The notes below the pieces were generated by a model that was not told where the DNA came from, made no database searches, and saw only the letters and a program-made list of their open reading frames with translations. Position numbers and translations under genes: made by a program. Positions 14,995 through 27,611 of a stretch of 64,000 bases of DNA are shown piece by piece; the first letter of the stretch is position 1, and every line of letters begins with the position of its first letter. The stretch is from the NCBI GenBank assembly GCA_002189035.1, contig NEEC01000013.1, positions 2,170,001-2,234,000 of the forward strand, read 5' to 3'. This DNA comes from Utricularia gibba (Eukaryota > Plantae > Magnoliophyta).

Positions 14995-16020
14995 GTCTGC
15001 GGTAGCAGACGAAACCATTTCGATTCGGCGGCGGAACGCGCCGATGATAATGAGATGAACGGGACGTCCATTCCGGTAAAACTCATTCCTTTGGTTCTTG
15101 TGTTTTAGTGAATCGGTGATCAGGATTTGTTGATCTTTCTGAGATTGACAAAGAGACCACTTCGATCGAAGATTTGAAGAAAGGTCAAGAAGAAGAAGAA
15201 GCACCTCTTAATGACGGTGAGATGATCCCGGTTGAGAAAGTGCGTACCGGGACCAAGGATCTGGATGAGATTACGAAGCATGGGTTGTTGGAGTCTCGGA
15301 GAAGGTTGAGGAGCTAGAAAAAGGAATTGCGGAAGATTTGTGGTTTGCTGAAGGACTCGGAGTCGAGTAATGATAGATTCAAGCAAGAATTTTTACGGGT
15401 GAAAGAATGGCCCGAAGAAACAGAGAAGCACTACGAAGAGCTCGAGGTTGGCAATAAAAAGATGTTAAAGAGGAAATGGAATTGGTGGATAGGTATAAAC
15501 TAGAGCTCAGAAGTTCGAAAGATCAAGGAGATGGCGAATTTGAAAGATTCATTTGAATGCCTCAGTACTGAGGTGAAAACCTCGAGCAGAAGAATCGACG
15601 ATCTTGCAGGAAAATTGCAAGTTTCAGCAGAAGAAATCCAGAAGTTTGAGGAGCTGAGTAGGCAGAGTTGTGTAAATGCAGAGTCCGAGGCTAACAAGGC
15701 CTTGGAGTTGGAGAAGCTGCTTGAGGTGTTGAAGTCAAATGCCGAGGATGCTGATCAACAGCAGGATTCGGAACCTGAAGAAACGCTTGGGATGTTCTAA
15801 ACCAAAGCATTAGACCTTGAGGTTGCATTGCAATCTTTCTTGGAAAGGGAATAAGAACTTAATGAAAGGATCAATGCTAAGAGAGAAGAAAAGAGAAAAG
15901 GCAAAAAAAATTATGGGGCTTCAGTGGAAAAGCTATCCAAAGCAGAAAATCTACTTAGCAGCTTACCAAGAACTGAATGATTCACAGCAGAGGTTGGAAA
16001 GCATTGAAAAGAACCTTATG
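14995..16020 (+). pseudogene. PICC: Degraded PICC/PICL-like long coiled-coil gene remnant
   Basis: Fragments DGEMIPVEK, EETEKHYEELEV, SAEEIQKFEELSRQSCVNAESEANKALELEKLL and KLSKAENLL..ELNDSQQRLESIEK resemble separated parts of PICC as I recall it. There are in-frame stops (e.g. TAA 15798-15800), frameshifts, no ATG and a large internal deletion. The position next to CCT and CYSTM matches my recollection of the Arabidopsis order. Confidence 0.7.
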
Positions 16021-16253
16021 GCTCTTGTCCCTTTTATCATTGGCGTTATTCTTGCGAAAAGATAATAGAGATTCTCCAGTCCCCATGTGTCGATCTTTTT
16101 GTGAACAGCAAAAGGATTGAAGACAAATTGTTTTGATTTCTATGAAAGCGAGGTTGCTTGTAGTTCTGGGCTGGCGCAGTTTTTCCCTGTTCGTCAGCTT
16201 GCTTCCTTGGAGATGATTGCAAAATGTGATTTGTGGATTTTAACGGTGATTAT

Positions 16254-17505
16254 TCAGTCTAATGAGGGCGGTGAATCCGGTGTTTGCCAAGCGGAGGCTG
16301 TGAGCAACGGGGAGTCCTTCCATCCCATCTTCAACCATCCGTTTTCCTCCACCAAGGTATACCCACGCCATGGTATCATCCCCAAGAGAAGACTCGCCTG
16401 CGCCGCCGCGTTCCCCCCAGCGACACTTGCCGGAAACCTAATCCCGCCATCTCTTTGCCCCACATCTCCACCTCCCCTTCCCTACTCTTCACCGCTAAAG
16501 TGTTCCGGATCTCGCATCCAAACAACTGCTGCTCCACTGTGTGTCTTTCTATGCTCTCAGGAGGAAAGCCGTCGCCTAGAGCATCGAACAGAGCAGAGTA
16601 GTAACGGAGGGCGCCGACAAATCGCCCGAGGAAACTGCCCCTCCGCCGTGGCTCAGATCTTGCGTTCTTTCGACGATGGTGATGAGTCTAGGCTTAATGG
16701 ATTTTAGGAATCTGCAAAACCCCAAATTGCTTCCGGTTATGTCGTAGAGACGGTGATGCATCCAGTGGACGATTACTGTTTCTCCGTTTCTGATTTTGAG
16801 TTGGTCGATTTCTTCGATATTTCCGATCTTCCCTTCCACAGCGTGGAAATGGAAAGGGATTTTGAGTGTGGCGGCGAATTCGGCGAGGCGGAGGCCGGTG
16901 GAGTTTAGGAGGTCAGCGGAGGGGCCGAGGCCGGTGATTCTTAGGGACTTGAGTTTTCGAGGTCTGGAAGCGAGGATTTGGAAGAATCCCGGCCATTGAA
17001 GCCCCTGCATGATATCGAGATCGATGACATGCACGTGATCGGCGCCATCCACCGCCTGGTGGATCGCTTGGTTGGCGGTGAAGTGGGAGAACTTAATCAT
17101 CGGCGTGATTGAGTTGTACGTCTGCAGAGCCGCGAGAAGCTTCTGGTAGTGGATTTTCCACAGAGACCGCGGAGTCGGAGTCGGGTTCGGAGGCAGCGAC
17201 TTCCCGATGATGTAAGAGGCAATCGCACGCGAAGACAGGGCATCGCCGAAGTACGCGCCTACGCGTTGGACCGATGACCCAAAGGGCGAAGAAAGCTCGA
17301 GTATCTCCGGCAGTATCCGCGACGCGTCGGAGACGTTGTCGACGGCGAGGCACTCGGCGCATCGCAGGAGAAGCTGGACCAAACATAGCCCCGCTTCGTC
17401 AGGATCCCTCTCGTGTTGGGCGGCGCGGTTGCGCTTGATGGGTTCCCCACCGGATATGTCGTCGTCTTCAACCTCAACCCAAGGGCGCTTGCCGGTTGAT
17501 GCCAT
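16254..17505 (-). CDS. SCL23: GRAS transcription factor SCARECROW-LIKE 23, intronless, with two 1-nt frameshifts
   Basis: [58 protein letters not shown], then shifted [23 protein letters not shown] and shifted [38 protein letters not shown]. The shifts fall at C4 16638-16641 and C6 16413-16418. Confidence 0.88.
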
Positions 17506-17985
17506 GGAAACTGCGGATCTCCTTCCACTGAAGGAAGAAGCATTCGCATTTCTCCTATTGCAGGTGGAGAGGAAGGAGGGGAAATAGAAAGCAAGGAAAA
17601 AGCTCCGAGTGAGTTTTGTCTTTTGGGAAAAAGGCAGGAAATGACAGAGGCAGCTGGAGGAGCGTTCACGCAAATGATGGCGATGGTGAAACACATGTTC
17701 CCCTGCCACCGCTGATACGAGTATTACCCATGCGGTGTACACACAGCAGCACGAACTGTACATCCGTGTGCCCCCTAATACAACAACTGGCGGGCAACCA
17801 CTGGATGCAGTTCAAGTGTCTGGTTAGGGGGAAGTGGAACTGTGCAGCAAGAGATATTCAAGGAACCAGGCAAATCCACTAACGAAAAGAAGTAGCTGTA
17901 TACATCCGTGCGTACAGGGAATATGAAGAAATGAAAACACATCAGTCAGCAGTGGGCTGTGAAGGCGATCTCATCGGATGGTGAC

Positions 17986-18363
17986 TCAGAAGCAGGCGTC
18001 CAACACGCAGCAGCAGCAGAGGGCAGCACAACTGCACCGAAACCCAGAATTGCATTAGCAAGGCAACGCAAAGATGGCGTGGATATTATGCGTCTACTCA
18101 CCATCCCTTCCAGAAGCCATCGCCTCTGGACTTGGTCGCCCGCCGCTTGCCGAATTCCTGCGGCGGCGCTTGCTCCCCTTCTTTCATCGGATAACCTACC
18201 GGAGGCGGCGCGGCCACGAAGCCAGGGAAGGTGCTCTGGGGCACATAGCTTGCTGCTTGACCAACATAAATCCATCAGAATAATACTTGAAAGAAAAGAA
18301 AAGAATCGCGATTGGATCGGGGAAGTGAAACGAGTACCTTGATTCTGATCGGAGTTGCTCATG
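17986..18363 (-). CDS. CYSTM (cysteine-rich transmembrane module) small protein
   Basis: Exons 18363-18339, 18252-18102 and 18031-17986 splice in frame to MSNSDQNQASYVPQSTFPGFVAAPPPVGYPMK...TKSRGDGFWKGCCAALCCCCVLDACF*. It is not visible in the ORF track. Confidence 0.92.
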
Positions 18364-19476
18364 CTTGACGAGAAGGAAGTTGGTCTTCGATGGCGGATGA
18401 TATGGTGATGGAGGCGATTGGATACAGAGATGATGCGTAGGTATATATAAAGAGCAACGAGAGGAGGAGGAGGAAGAAGCAACCCGGAAGTTGGCGGCGC
18501 CGCGTCGAATGAAAAAGAAAAGAGAAGAAAGGGAACTTGACAACCGTTTTTAGGTTTCTTGTTCCCATTCAGGGAATGGGATTCTTCTGCAAATGGCAAC
18601 GCGTCATCTTTCACCCACCCTCCTTCATCTTATCTCTTCTAGACGTTTCCTTTTCATTAACTCCATAGACTATAGATTACTTGGCGGGGTGGGTCATTGA
18701 AGAAGGTTATCAGGTTTGGTTGAAGGACACGCGTTCTTCAACCTGCGGGTAACGGGATGCTTGGAACTCTTGTGCCGGGGGAGGTAATGGCTATTCACCG
18801 TAGAGTGTGAATGTTGACCTAGGACGTGTACGTGTACGTGTACAGTGTACTATGCCTTTGTTCAAACTTGGCCTTTATCTTTTGTTCGTGTTAAGTTCAT
18901 GCTCGTGATCCTTTTAATCTGGATTCCGTTGTTTCTTTTTTTACTGATTGGAGTCTGTATTTTTGTTTGAATTGGAGATTCTGCCGTTTTTTTTATCTTA
19001 AGGAGAACTGCTCATTTTCAGTGATTTCACTGCGTGATGATTGATTGAATTCACTTCCCAAGCCTGGTAATTTTCGGGTGTGTAATCTCGCGCAAGTTTG
19101 TTTCTTTCCTGGTTTTGATCGTGTGGGACTTATTATTGACTGTCAAACCCGTAGATTTCATTATATGTTTGTGGCTTCTTTCATCAACTGGTAAAGGGGG
19201 AAATGTTGATTATATCTGTGGGGATCAGGTTTCCATGGTAAGATTGAATGCACTTTTGCGGTGATGGAATACTCGGCTGTGCGGTATGGAAATACGACCC
19301 GGAAAGTTCTAATCATCATGTTCAAGGGATCATCTCCATGGTTTTATCAGAAAGAATTTGTCTTGAGGATTTTTGTTGATGTGTGCTCCAATCTGCTGCA
19401 GTTCTCTGAGCATGAGCTTGATGTAACTAACGTTTCGGCTACTGGAGGAGCAGGGTGCATAGTAGCTTCTCATGGT

Positions 19477-19713
19477 GCTGTTCTATTGCTAAACGATCCG
19501 TATCGTTAACAAAAACATGAAGATCAGCCCTTTAAGACCCTCAAAGACTTTCTGTGTCACACCAAACAGCTGTTCTATTGTCGGACGTCTTTGTCAATCT
19601 GAGAACTATGAACTTGTAGTTATGTACTCACAGTGTAAATGCACTTACAAAAACAAGTCGCAGGACAATCCTTCTGAGGGGAATATCAGTCCTTTAAGAC
19701 CCTCAAAGACTTT
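19477..19713 (+). repeat. Degenerate tandem duplication
   Basis: GCTGTTCTATTG at 19477 and 19569. ATCAG(C/T)CCTTTAAGACCCTCAAAGACTTT at 19523-19551 and 19685-19713 (28/29 identical). ACAAAAACA occurs in both units. Confidence 0.85.
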
Positions 19714-20276
19714 ATCCAGAGCCGGGAAAACTTCAGTTCACAGAAGCTGATCTTGGAGATGCTGAAGCGGTATCCTTGACTTCGATTCTTGCTGATCTCG
19801 GCCAAAGCACAGCCGATCCACTCCGGTATTCTGATTTTTCTCCACCGTCACTCAAACTATTCTTTCCCCTGTTCAATCGTGTTTGATCTTTGCAGGTACT
19901 AAAACGACATTGCCTCAAACACCTGGCTACTTGTGAAAGCAATGGCAGCTCATGAAGTGAAAACTTTGGTATATTGGAGTACTTGGGCCACAGGACCCAG
20001 GAAAAGAAAATAACAAAATCAAACTATTGATATTAAAATCTGGATAATGGAACAGCTGTTCAGTGTGACACGTTCCTCTATTTTTAAGCGCTAGCTATTT
20101 GGGTAATCAAGAGTACTTGACCATTTGCCAACTTACCGTGGATGGAAAGAAAACGTTGAAATTCACTTCGTGGACAAAAGACGAGTTCTTGGCGCGATGT
20201 GGATCACAAGCCCACCAATAAACTCCCGCAAAGATTGAAACTTTGAACTGCCCAATCTGTGTAACCGAGCTTACCA

Positions 20277-22221
20277 ATGGCTTTGCAGTTGTGCGGTGCT
20301 TGCTGCCCCGCACTTACCCGGACGAAGATTGTTGCTGTTAGGTCGGTGGCTGAAACTGGGGCGGTGAAGCCAGCCGAGGAGGAGAAAGTGAAGCTGGGTG
20401 GCTCAGATTTGAAGGTTACGAAGCTGGGAATCGGAGCTTGGTCATGGGGTGACACCACGTATTGGAATAACTTTGAATGGGATGGTGATTCGCTCTTCTT
20501 TCTGATGCCTTTTGCCTTTCCCCGATATATTGAGATTTCAATATGCGTTTTCGTTTTTCTATTCAACTGATTTGATACTTTTCTTGCTCGAGTGGTTGAC
20601 CTTTCATGCTTTTGATTCAGACAGGAAACTAAAGGCTGCTAAGTCAGCTTTCGATGCAAGCATTGATTCTGGTATAACCTTGTTTGATACTGCGGAGGTT
20701 TATGGCTCAAGGGTATGTAATTTTGGACATTGAGATGCTGGTGTATACTTGATGCTTGAAGACCTTAGTTTCATAATCTTGTAGATGTCATTTGGTGCAA
20801 TAAGCTCCGAGACCCTTCTTGGCAGGTAAATATACTGAGCTTATTTGTTCCATTTAAGTTTCTCTCTTTCATAACCGTCGTTATAGATTGGTATTTTATT
20901 TTGAAGGTTCATAAGGGAAAGGAAAGAAAGGGATCCGGATGTCGAGGTGGCTGTCGCCACCAAGTATGCGGCTTTGCCATGGAGACTTGGCCGTCAAAGT
21001 GTCATTGCTGCTTTGAAAGATTCATTAAGCCGCCTTGGTTTGACATCTGTTGAACTTTACCAGCTTCATTGGTAAGCTCGGGCTTGTCTGATGGATGTTA
21101 CCAAGTTTTCGAAGAGAAATGAATTCATTTAGCTAATTTTCTTTTGCCATCTGTGATGCAGGCCTGGAATATGGGGAAACGAAGGTTGTGGGTGACCTCT
21201 AGTTTGTTATTTTCAATGAACCAGGCTCTTGTAAGTTGAGTTTGTGTTGGTGACTTTGGTAATTTTGTTTGCCCTACAGGATACATTGATGGCCTAGCGG
21301 ATGCTGTGGAACAAGGACTTGTGAAAGCTGTTGGTGTATCGAATTATAGTGGTAGGCTTCCTGGACACATGGCTGGGTTCTGATGTCATTCGTGTCTTAT
21401 TTTGTGTGATGTTGACTCCAGAGAAGCGACTTCGTGATGCACATAAACAACTCAAGAAGAGGGGCGTACCCCTGGCTTCAAACCAAGTGAACTACAGCCT
21501 CATATATCGAATCCCAGAAGAGAATGGCGTCAAAGCTGCGTGCGATGAACTTGGAATCACCTTAATCGCATACTCGCCACTTGCTCAAGGTGATGGATCA
21601 TTCCTTTTCAAGCTTTTACATCAGCTCAACAACATATTGAGTTTCGCTGATGTTCTTGCGTTTCAGGTGCTCTGACTGGGAAATACACACCAGAGAGGAC
21701 CCCTTCAGGTCCCAGAGGCCAGATTTATACCCCAGAGGTCATGAGAAAAGTGAGTACTCGTTAATCAAAGCAAATATGCGTACAAATCTGGAACAATCTT
21801 CATCATTGCATCTGCTTCACTATGCAGCTACAACCCCTGATTAACAAAATAAAGGAAATAGGAGATGGATACGGCAAAACTCCAACTCAGGTTTGTTTTT
21901 TACAACTACTGCAAGTGGATCCCCGTGAATATGGTTTCACCTGCTCGTGAACACCCCACTTGTCTAATCTCTTGAGGTTTGCAATCTCGTGTTATTCCAA
22001 TACAAAGCCAGAGTAACTTTGTTTGAACGAAGCAGGTTGTCCTCAACTGGCTAGTAGCACAGGAGAACGTTGTCCCGATCCCCGGAGCCAGGAACTCAGT
22101 GCAGGCGGAGGAGTTTGCCGGCGCATTGGGCTGGAGGCTCTCCGACGATGAAGTGGAGGAGCTCCGGTCGATGGCCTCGGAGGTCAGGCCCGTCATTGGT
22201 TTCCCAGTAGAGAAGCTCTGA
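20277..22221 (+). CDS. Plastid-targeted aldo-keto reductase (At1g06690-like)
   Basis: Transit-like N-terminus followed by [61 protein letters not shown] and PIPGARN. Multi-exon, with TGA at 22219-22221. Confidence 0.92.
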
Positions 22222-22373
22222 GATCAGTGATACGTGACATGAAACGCATCTGCAACTTTTTTTTATAGTAAAATTTTATTTATTTTTAATAATAAAATAG
22301 CTATACATAACTTAATTATATGATTATAAAATTTATAACATATAAAATTCTTTTCATCTTTAAAAACCATATC

Positions 22374-22505
22374 CACGTGCACCACGGGTCGGGGTTCCAG
22401 AGAACGGGTCAACTTTTCCTAAACAAGAGGCGGTGGAAGGTCATCAATCCCGGAGGCAGCGAAAAACCGCTTACCGGGTGGAGAGTCTGTCGTATTGTCC
22501 ACGTG
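22374..22505. promoter_or_regulatory. Two G-boxes (CACGTG) upstream of the PIF-like gene
   Basis: CACGTG at 22374-22379 and 22500-22505, in the 363-nt gap before the ATG at 22585. Confidence 0.55.
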
Positions 22506-22584
22506 GCAATTCGCTGGAACGAATTAAAGATCTCACAGCCATGGAGATAAGAGAGAGAGATTGTCTCCGTGAAGCAAGTGGGCC

Positions 22585-24402
22585 ATGAGGAATCCAGATC
22601 CTCCAGTATCCGTTGGACACGTCAGCAAGTCAGGCAAACAAGTGTAAGAGATTCTTTTGCAGAGAGTTGAAGGGATCCATTCATCCCTGTGGTGCCGCTT
22701 CCTGTGTGACTTCCTCGCAGAGTGCCTGGGGATGGCTGCTTATGGGCATACGGAGGTGAATGCTGAGTGCCCGCTGCTGCTGCTGCCTTTTCGGAGACAC
22801 CCTTTTGGGTGAGTGAGTAAGCTGCTTGTTGTTGTGTGTTGTATGAACTCAGGTCTCACCTTGTTGTGCGCAGGGTAGAGGATGAGGTGATGGAGATCTT
22901 GTGGCAGGATGGGGAGGCGGTTCTTCAGAGACACAGTCAGAGGAACCCAAATGAGCAAGCTCCATGGGTTGATGAGGATGACCCTTTGAAGTCCCTAGAT
23001 TTGTTGTCTGGTGTCCCAACACCTCATCTGGCTGAACCCAACACGGTTCCTGATGTGGAGGAGGCATTCCCGTTTCTGATCCAGTTGCCGCCACCAGAAG
23101 CAGCTGTTAGTGACGGGGAACAGGGCTTTGCCACTGATTCTTCTGTTATGACAGTGGAGGTGAGCAGTGGATCCAGTAGCCAAATTGGGATTGAGGCGAA
23201 TAAGAGCTCTGTTGGGAGTGAAAGCATTGTTGCGCCGGTGAACCCTCGCAGCAGTAGCATTGAAAAGGAGTTAACTGAACCAGAGCGTACTTCTTTCAGA
23301 GTATCTGCAAGTAATCATAACGAGAGGAAGAAGAGAAAGATCAAGGATTTGAAAGAATTTAAGAAATCTCCAAGTCAAGTATGCTACTCACTGTGATTCT
23401 CTGTTGTCTTCTTCCTTGAGTCTCCAAGTCAAGGCTTCTGCGTGCTGCAGGATTCTCAAATGGAGGCTCCACGTGGAGAAAACCGAGCACCCCAGAAGTC
23501 CACACGCTGGGCCGTGTGGCAGAGGTGCATAACCTGTCGGAGAGGGTAAGACATGCTACAGAACTACGTCGATTGTTGTAAGACATTGTTGTTGCTGCTT
23601 GGCATCTCTTGTTGTTAACTTTTGCCATCCGTGTGGATGCAGAGACGGAGGCATCGGATCACCAAGAAGATGCGTACTTTACAGAAGCTCATCTCTGACT
23701 CCCACAAGGTAAATCTCTTCATAAGATCTGGGGAACTCTGCAGTGTTGATGCCAATGAAAAGATTGGACCTCCTGTCCACAGGCTTGAGAACTCCATGTT
23801 TCATGATTTTTTGTCTGTATCCCAACTTTCAGTTAGACAAAGCATCCTTGTTAGATGACACAATTCATTACATCAAGTCACTGCAATCACAGCTTCAGGT
23901 ACAAACTTCTCACAAACTCGAAGTAAAAACATGAAAGTTACCTTGTGTTGTTGCTGGTGCTGCTAGTGGTGGATGGGGAGCGGAATCGCACAGATGAGGG
24001 TGCTGCAGCAACTCTGCCATGCTGGAATAGAGATGAGGCCACCAACACTTCCTTCAATGGAGGACTTCATGCATCCCTCAAAGTTTCCCCTGGTTGGACT
24101 GCTCCCGCCTCCGCTTATGGGACATGGCTATATGCCGAATCCTTTCAGTTATCGAAACCAGATGCAGATGCCACCTGAGCAGAATCCTGAACACACAGCA
24201 GTCCATTTTGTTCCAAATGCACAGGTTTGCTTCATCATGTACACTATTTTTACTGTATTTCAGAGTCTTCCTATGATTCTAATCATTCCTGCCTTGTTCT
24301 ACAGCCTGTGAATGCATTCAGTTTCAGTTCTCACGCAGCACAAGCAAATCAAGTAAAACCACAACCACCTACCGGGCACAATCAGATGAAGCAATAACCT
24401 GA
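22585..24402 (+). CDS. PIF4: Phytochrome-interacting bHLH, PIF4/PIF5-like
   Basis: APB-like EILWQDGEAVL, bHLH AEVHNLSERRRRHRITKKMRTLQKLI..DKASLLDDTIHYIKSLQSQLQ, then WMGSG. It lies tail-to-tail with PAO2/3, as I recall for PIF4-PAO2 and PIF5-PAO3 in Arabidopsis. The first and last exons are less certain. Confidence 0.8.
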
Positions 24403-25045
24403 GGCAGGTAGGCAGCTTGACTCGATCCCATTTCACTGTTCAGTTGCATTCCTATTCCTCAAAGACATGTCCATGACAGTGCAGCTACATGCGTACGGCC
24501 ATGCAGTATCCTCACCCCCTTGTGCATAGGATTAAGGTGTCAGGAAATACACCCATCAACCAGCCTCGGGTTGTCAAAACAGGGGCCATTATATAGAAAC
24601 CATCTATCATATGGCTCCCTCTTATTTGTTAAAACGCTGCTACAGTAATCCAAAGAACTGAATCAGAAATCGTTTATCAACATATGTTTAGAGCTAGACC
24701 CTGGTGAGTACATCAAGATAACTGGTGTAAAGGAAAGGTATGGTGTCTTTTGCAGAAGTGTAATCTCAGACACTGGTTGGTATTCGCTGAAGGTTTGAAA
24801 ACTGAACTTCTAAGAAACCTTCGTTCCTGAAAAACAAAGGCTCCTGGAAGGTTTCCAGTTTGCGGTCATATATATACAATCCATCATAGAGCCATCTACA
24901 GACGTTCATTATCCTGATGAAATGGAACAACAGCAGTACCAACATCGTGCTCCGACTACTCAGTCGCAGCAAACCTTCAAGTTTCCACAAATTACTTACA
25001 CAGCAATCAGTGTCACAGGCAGAGAAGATAATACATACCCACAAG

Positions 25046-27604
25046 CTACATACGTGATATCAGTAGCGGGACTGAGCTGGTAGCATCCTTACCAACGGAG
25101 AGGTCCAACAACCCATAGTGTTCGAGAACCCGCATTCTGCAGTCTTCAGCAGCCCTTGTACCCGTTGAGTATGCTCCATGTACAGATCCTGTATAGGCAG
25201 AGCTTGTGGCTTCTCCAGCGAAGAACAAGTTGTCAATAGGGACCCTAAGCCTCTCAAACAGATCATGCGATTTTCCAACCTTGTTATAGCTATAAGACCC
25301 AAGAGAGTTCTCATCTACGCCCCAATGAGAAACCAGGTACTGAATCTGTAATACATGAAACCAATAAAAAGCAGCCAATTAATATGATGAAATGATGGGA
25401 AAACATGGAAAGAGCAGCCATACTGGTTCTGAAGACTCAGGAAGGATTCTCTTGAGTTGTGTAAGAGCAGCATTAGCAGCAGCCTCATCAGACATTTCCT
25501 CAATGTCACGTGCAAGTTTCCCAGCCGGCATATAAACAAGAACAGGGTGACCCGTGGCCTTGTGCAAATTCAGAAAGTAGCTGCATCCATAAGAAGTCTC
25601 AGCGACTACGCCCAGGAACTCAACGTTTGGCCAAAAGACATTGTTGAAGTGCAAGATTATTTTGTTTTCAATGCCAACTCCGATTCCCTTGATTGCTTCT
25701 TCCTTCCATTCAGGCAGTCTTGGTTCAAAAAGAATGCTATTTGATTTCAAAACACCAAGAGGAACAACAATCACAGCAGCATCAGCCACAAATGTTCTCC
25801 CATCTTGTATGGTTATCTTCACCCCACTATACCTCCTCACGATTTTTGTCACTCTGAAGCAGTACACAGAAAATAGAAGAAAAAGCATAAATCAGAGGAT
25901 TGAGGCATACAAGGGCAAGTGGCTAATTAAACAAGAGATGGAGAGAGAGAGCGAGAGACAATTAGATAAGCTGTCACCTGTGGCTCAAACGGATATCAAG
26001 ACCCTTTGCAAGAGTGTTAATTACAGGGGTGTAACCCCTGACCATGAGCCCATGCCCACCCGGAAGCAAAACTTCCTACACAAAATACAACAAACATAGT
26101 ACAGCGTTACTCTTGATTTTGGGGTAGAACTCGAATGTGAATAGATTCTCAAACATATAACGGAGGGTAAAGAGATGGGAATGGATGTACTAAAGAGGTC
26201 ACCTGATCCCATCCTTTAACTGAAATAGTCTTAGCATCTGCAGCAAACCAGCCCTCCATACGGCATAGATACCATTTTAATACCTTCTTTTCGAGTCCTT
26301 CCAACCTAAAAAGATGCATATGAGCATCGCAAAGTGATAGTTCTTCCGGAAAATTAAGTAAACAATGCAAAACCTGAAATCTGGCTTCCTGTCCAACACA
26401 ATAGAGATCGCACGTTCTATAGACATGTCCTCTGGAAATTCCTGCCTTACAATCTTTGTCTGGATAAAAAAAACTGCAAACTTTTTGTAAAGATGCTAAA
26501 AGAAAAATGTGAGCATAAAGGACATTAGACATGCCTCTTCCAAGATTCTTTCAAATGTTTCGCCAACTTTGGAGACCAAATCTTGAGGAACTTGATTTCC
26601 TTCTATATCACAAAGGGCATAACTACAAAAGAAAAAAAGTGAAGTCATGGGTTAGAGAAGAAAGACAGATGCCGAGAAAATAACATGACTGTGAATAAAA
26701 ACAGAAAGAAAGGATCCTCAGAGATTTAGGATAACTTCTTCATATTTGGAATCAAACATAAAAATGATTCCCATTAAAACTTTACCAGGACTTTCTTAAT
26801 TAATAAAGCAGGAACCTTTCTAAATCATGGTCATACAAAACAGAGTTGTCTCCACTAGTGCGGTAAAGAGGTAGCCCCAATTTCCCAATTATTGGAGCCA
26901 ATGGATTTTCCTTGCAAACACCATGCAACCTGACAAAAATTATGCAATGACATCAGTACACCATCAGAAAAAAGGATCTAAACCCAAGAAAACATGCTCA
27001 CTCTTACAAAACACAAACCATGAAGCCCCCAAATCAACAGGAAAACCAAAGGAGCAATCAGTATGCACTCGACCACCAATCCTGTCCCGGGACTCCAGCA
27101 CGGTAACCTGCAGACTAACTCAGTTGATGACAAGCACCCATACGGCTTTTCTTGAAAAAATCAAATATAACACACATACTTGAATAGATGCGTCATGAAG
27201 AGCTCGTGCAGCAGCAATGCCAGCAATACCAGCACCTATGACAATCACAGAAGGGGAAGCTGTTTCTTTCCTCTGATTTGAGTGGCGAAAATCTACAATA
27301 CATAACAGAAGTTAGTTGGTAACATCTCAGAGAGGCCGAAAACTGCTTCTTCCACCCCCAATCCAGAACAAAAGGTCACGCTAAACCAGTTTAAAATACC
27401 AATATTTTTGTGAGAGGACGGGGGGACAAGGGAGATCTGCAATTTATAGACTTTGAGTGGACTTGATGTTTTGACAGATTCATATCATGAACTTCTAATA
27501 CATACTTGGTGGCTATGAATCTTGTAAGGTATCCTGATTATCAGTTTCACCCCACCTGTGGCTGTGTCATGCTGTCGATTACTCTTGTTGCTCCTCTGCT
27601 CCAT
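25046..27604 (-). CDS. PAO2: Peroxisomal polyamine oxidase (PAO2/PAO3 clade)
   Basis: [18 protein letters not shown] (FAD site), [43 protein letters not shown] and C-terminal VPLLISRM* (PTS1 SRM). One intron appears to be GC-AG. Confidence 0.95.
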
Positions 27605-27611
27605 GATTCCG

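Noticed and set aside
17506-17763. 86-aa N-terminal extension of SCL23 in the ORF track
   Set aside because: It is low-complexity, UTR-like sequence. The family-like sequence starts at about MASTGKRP.
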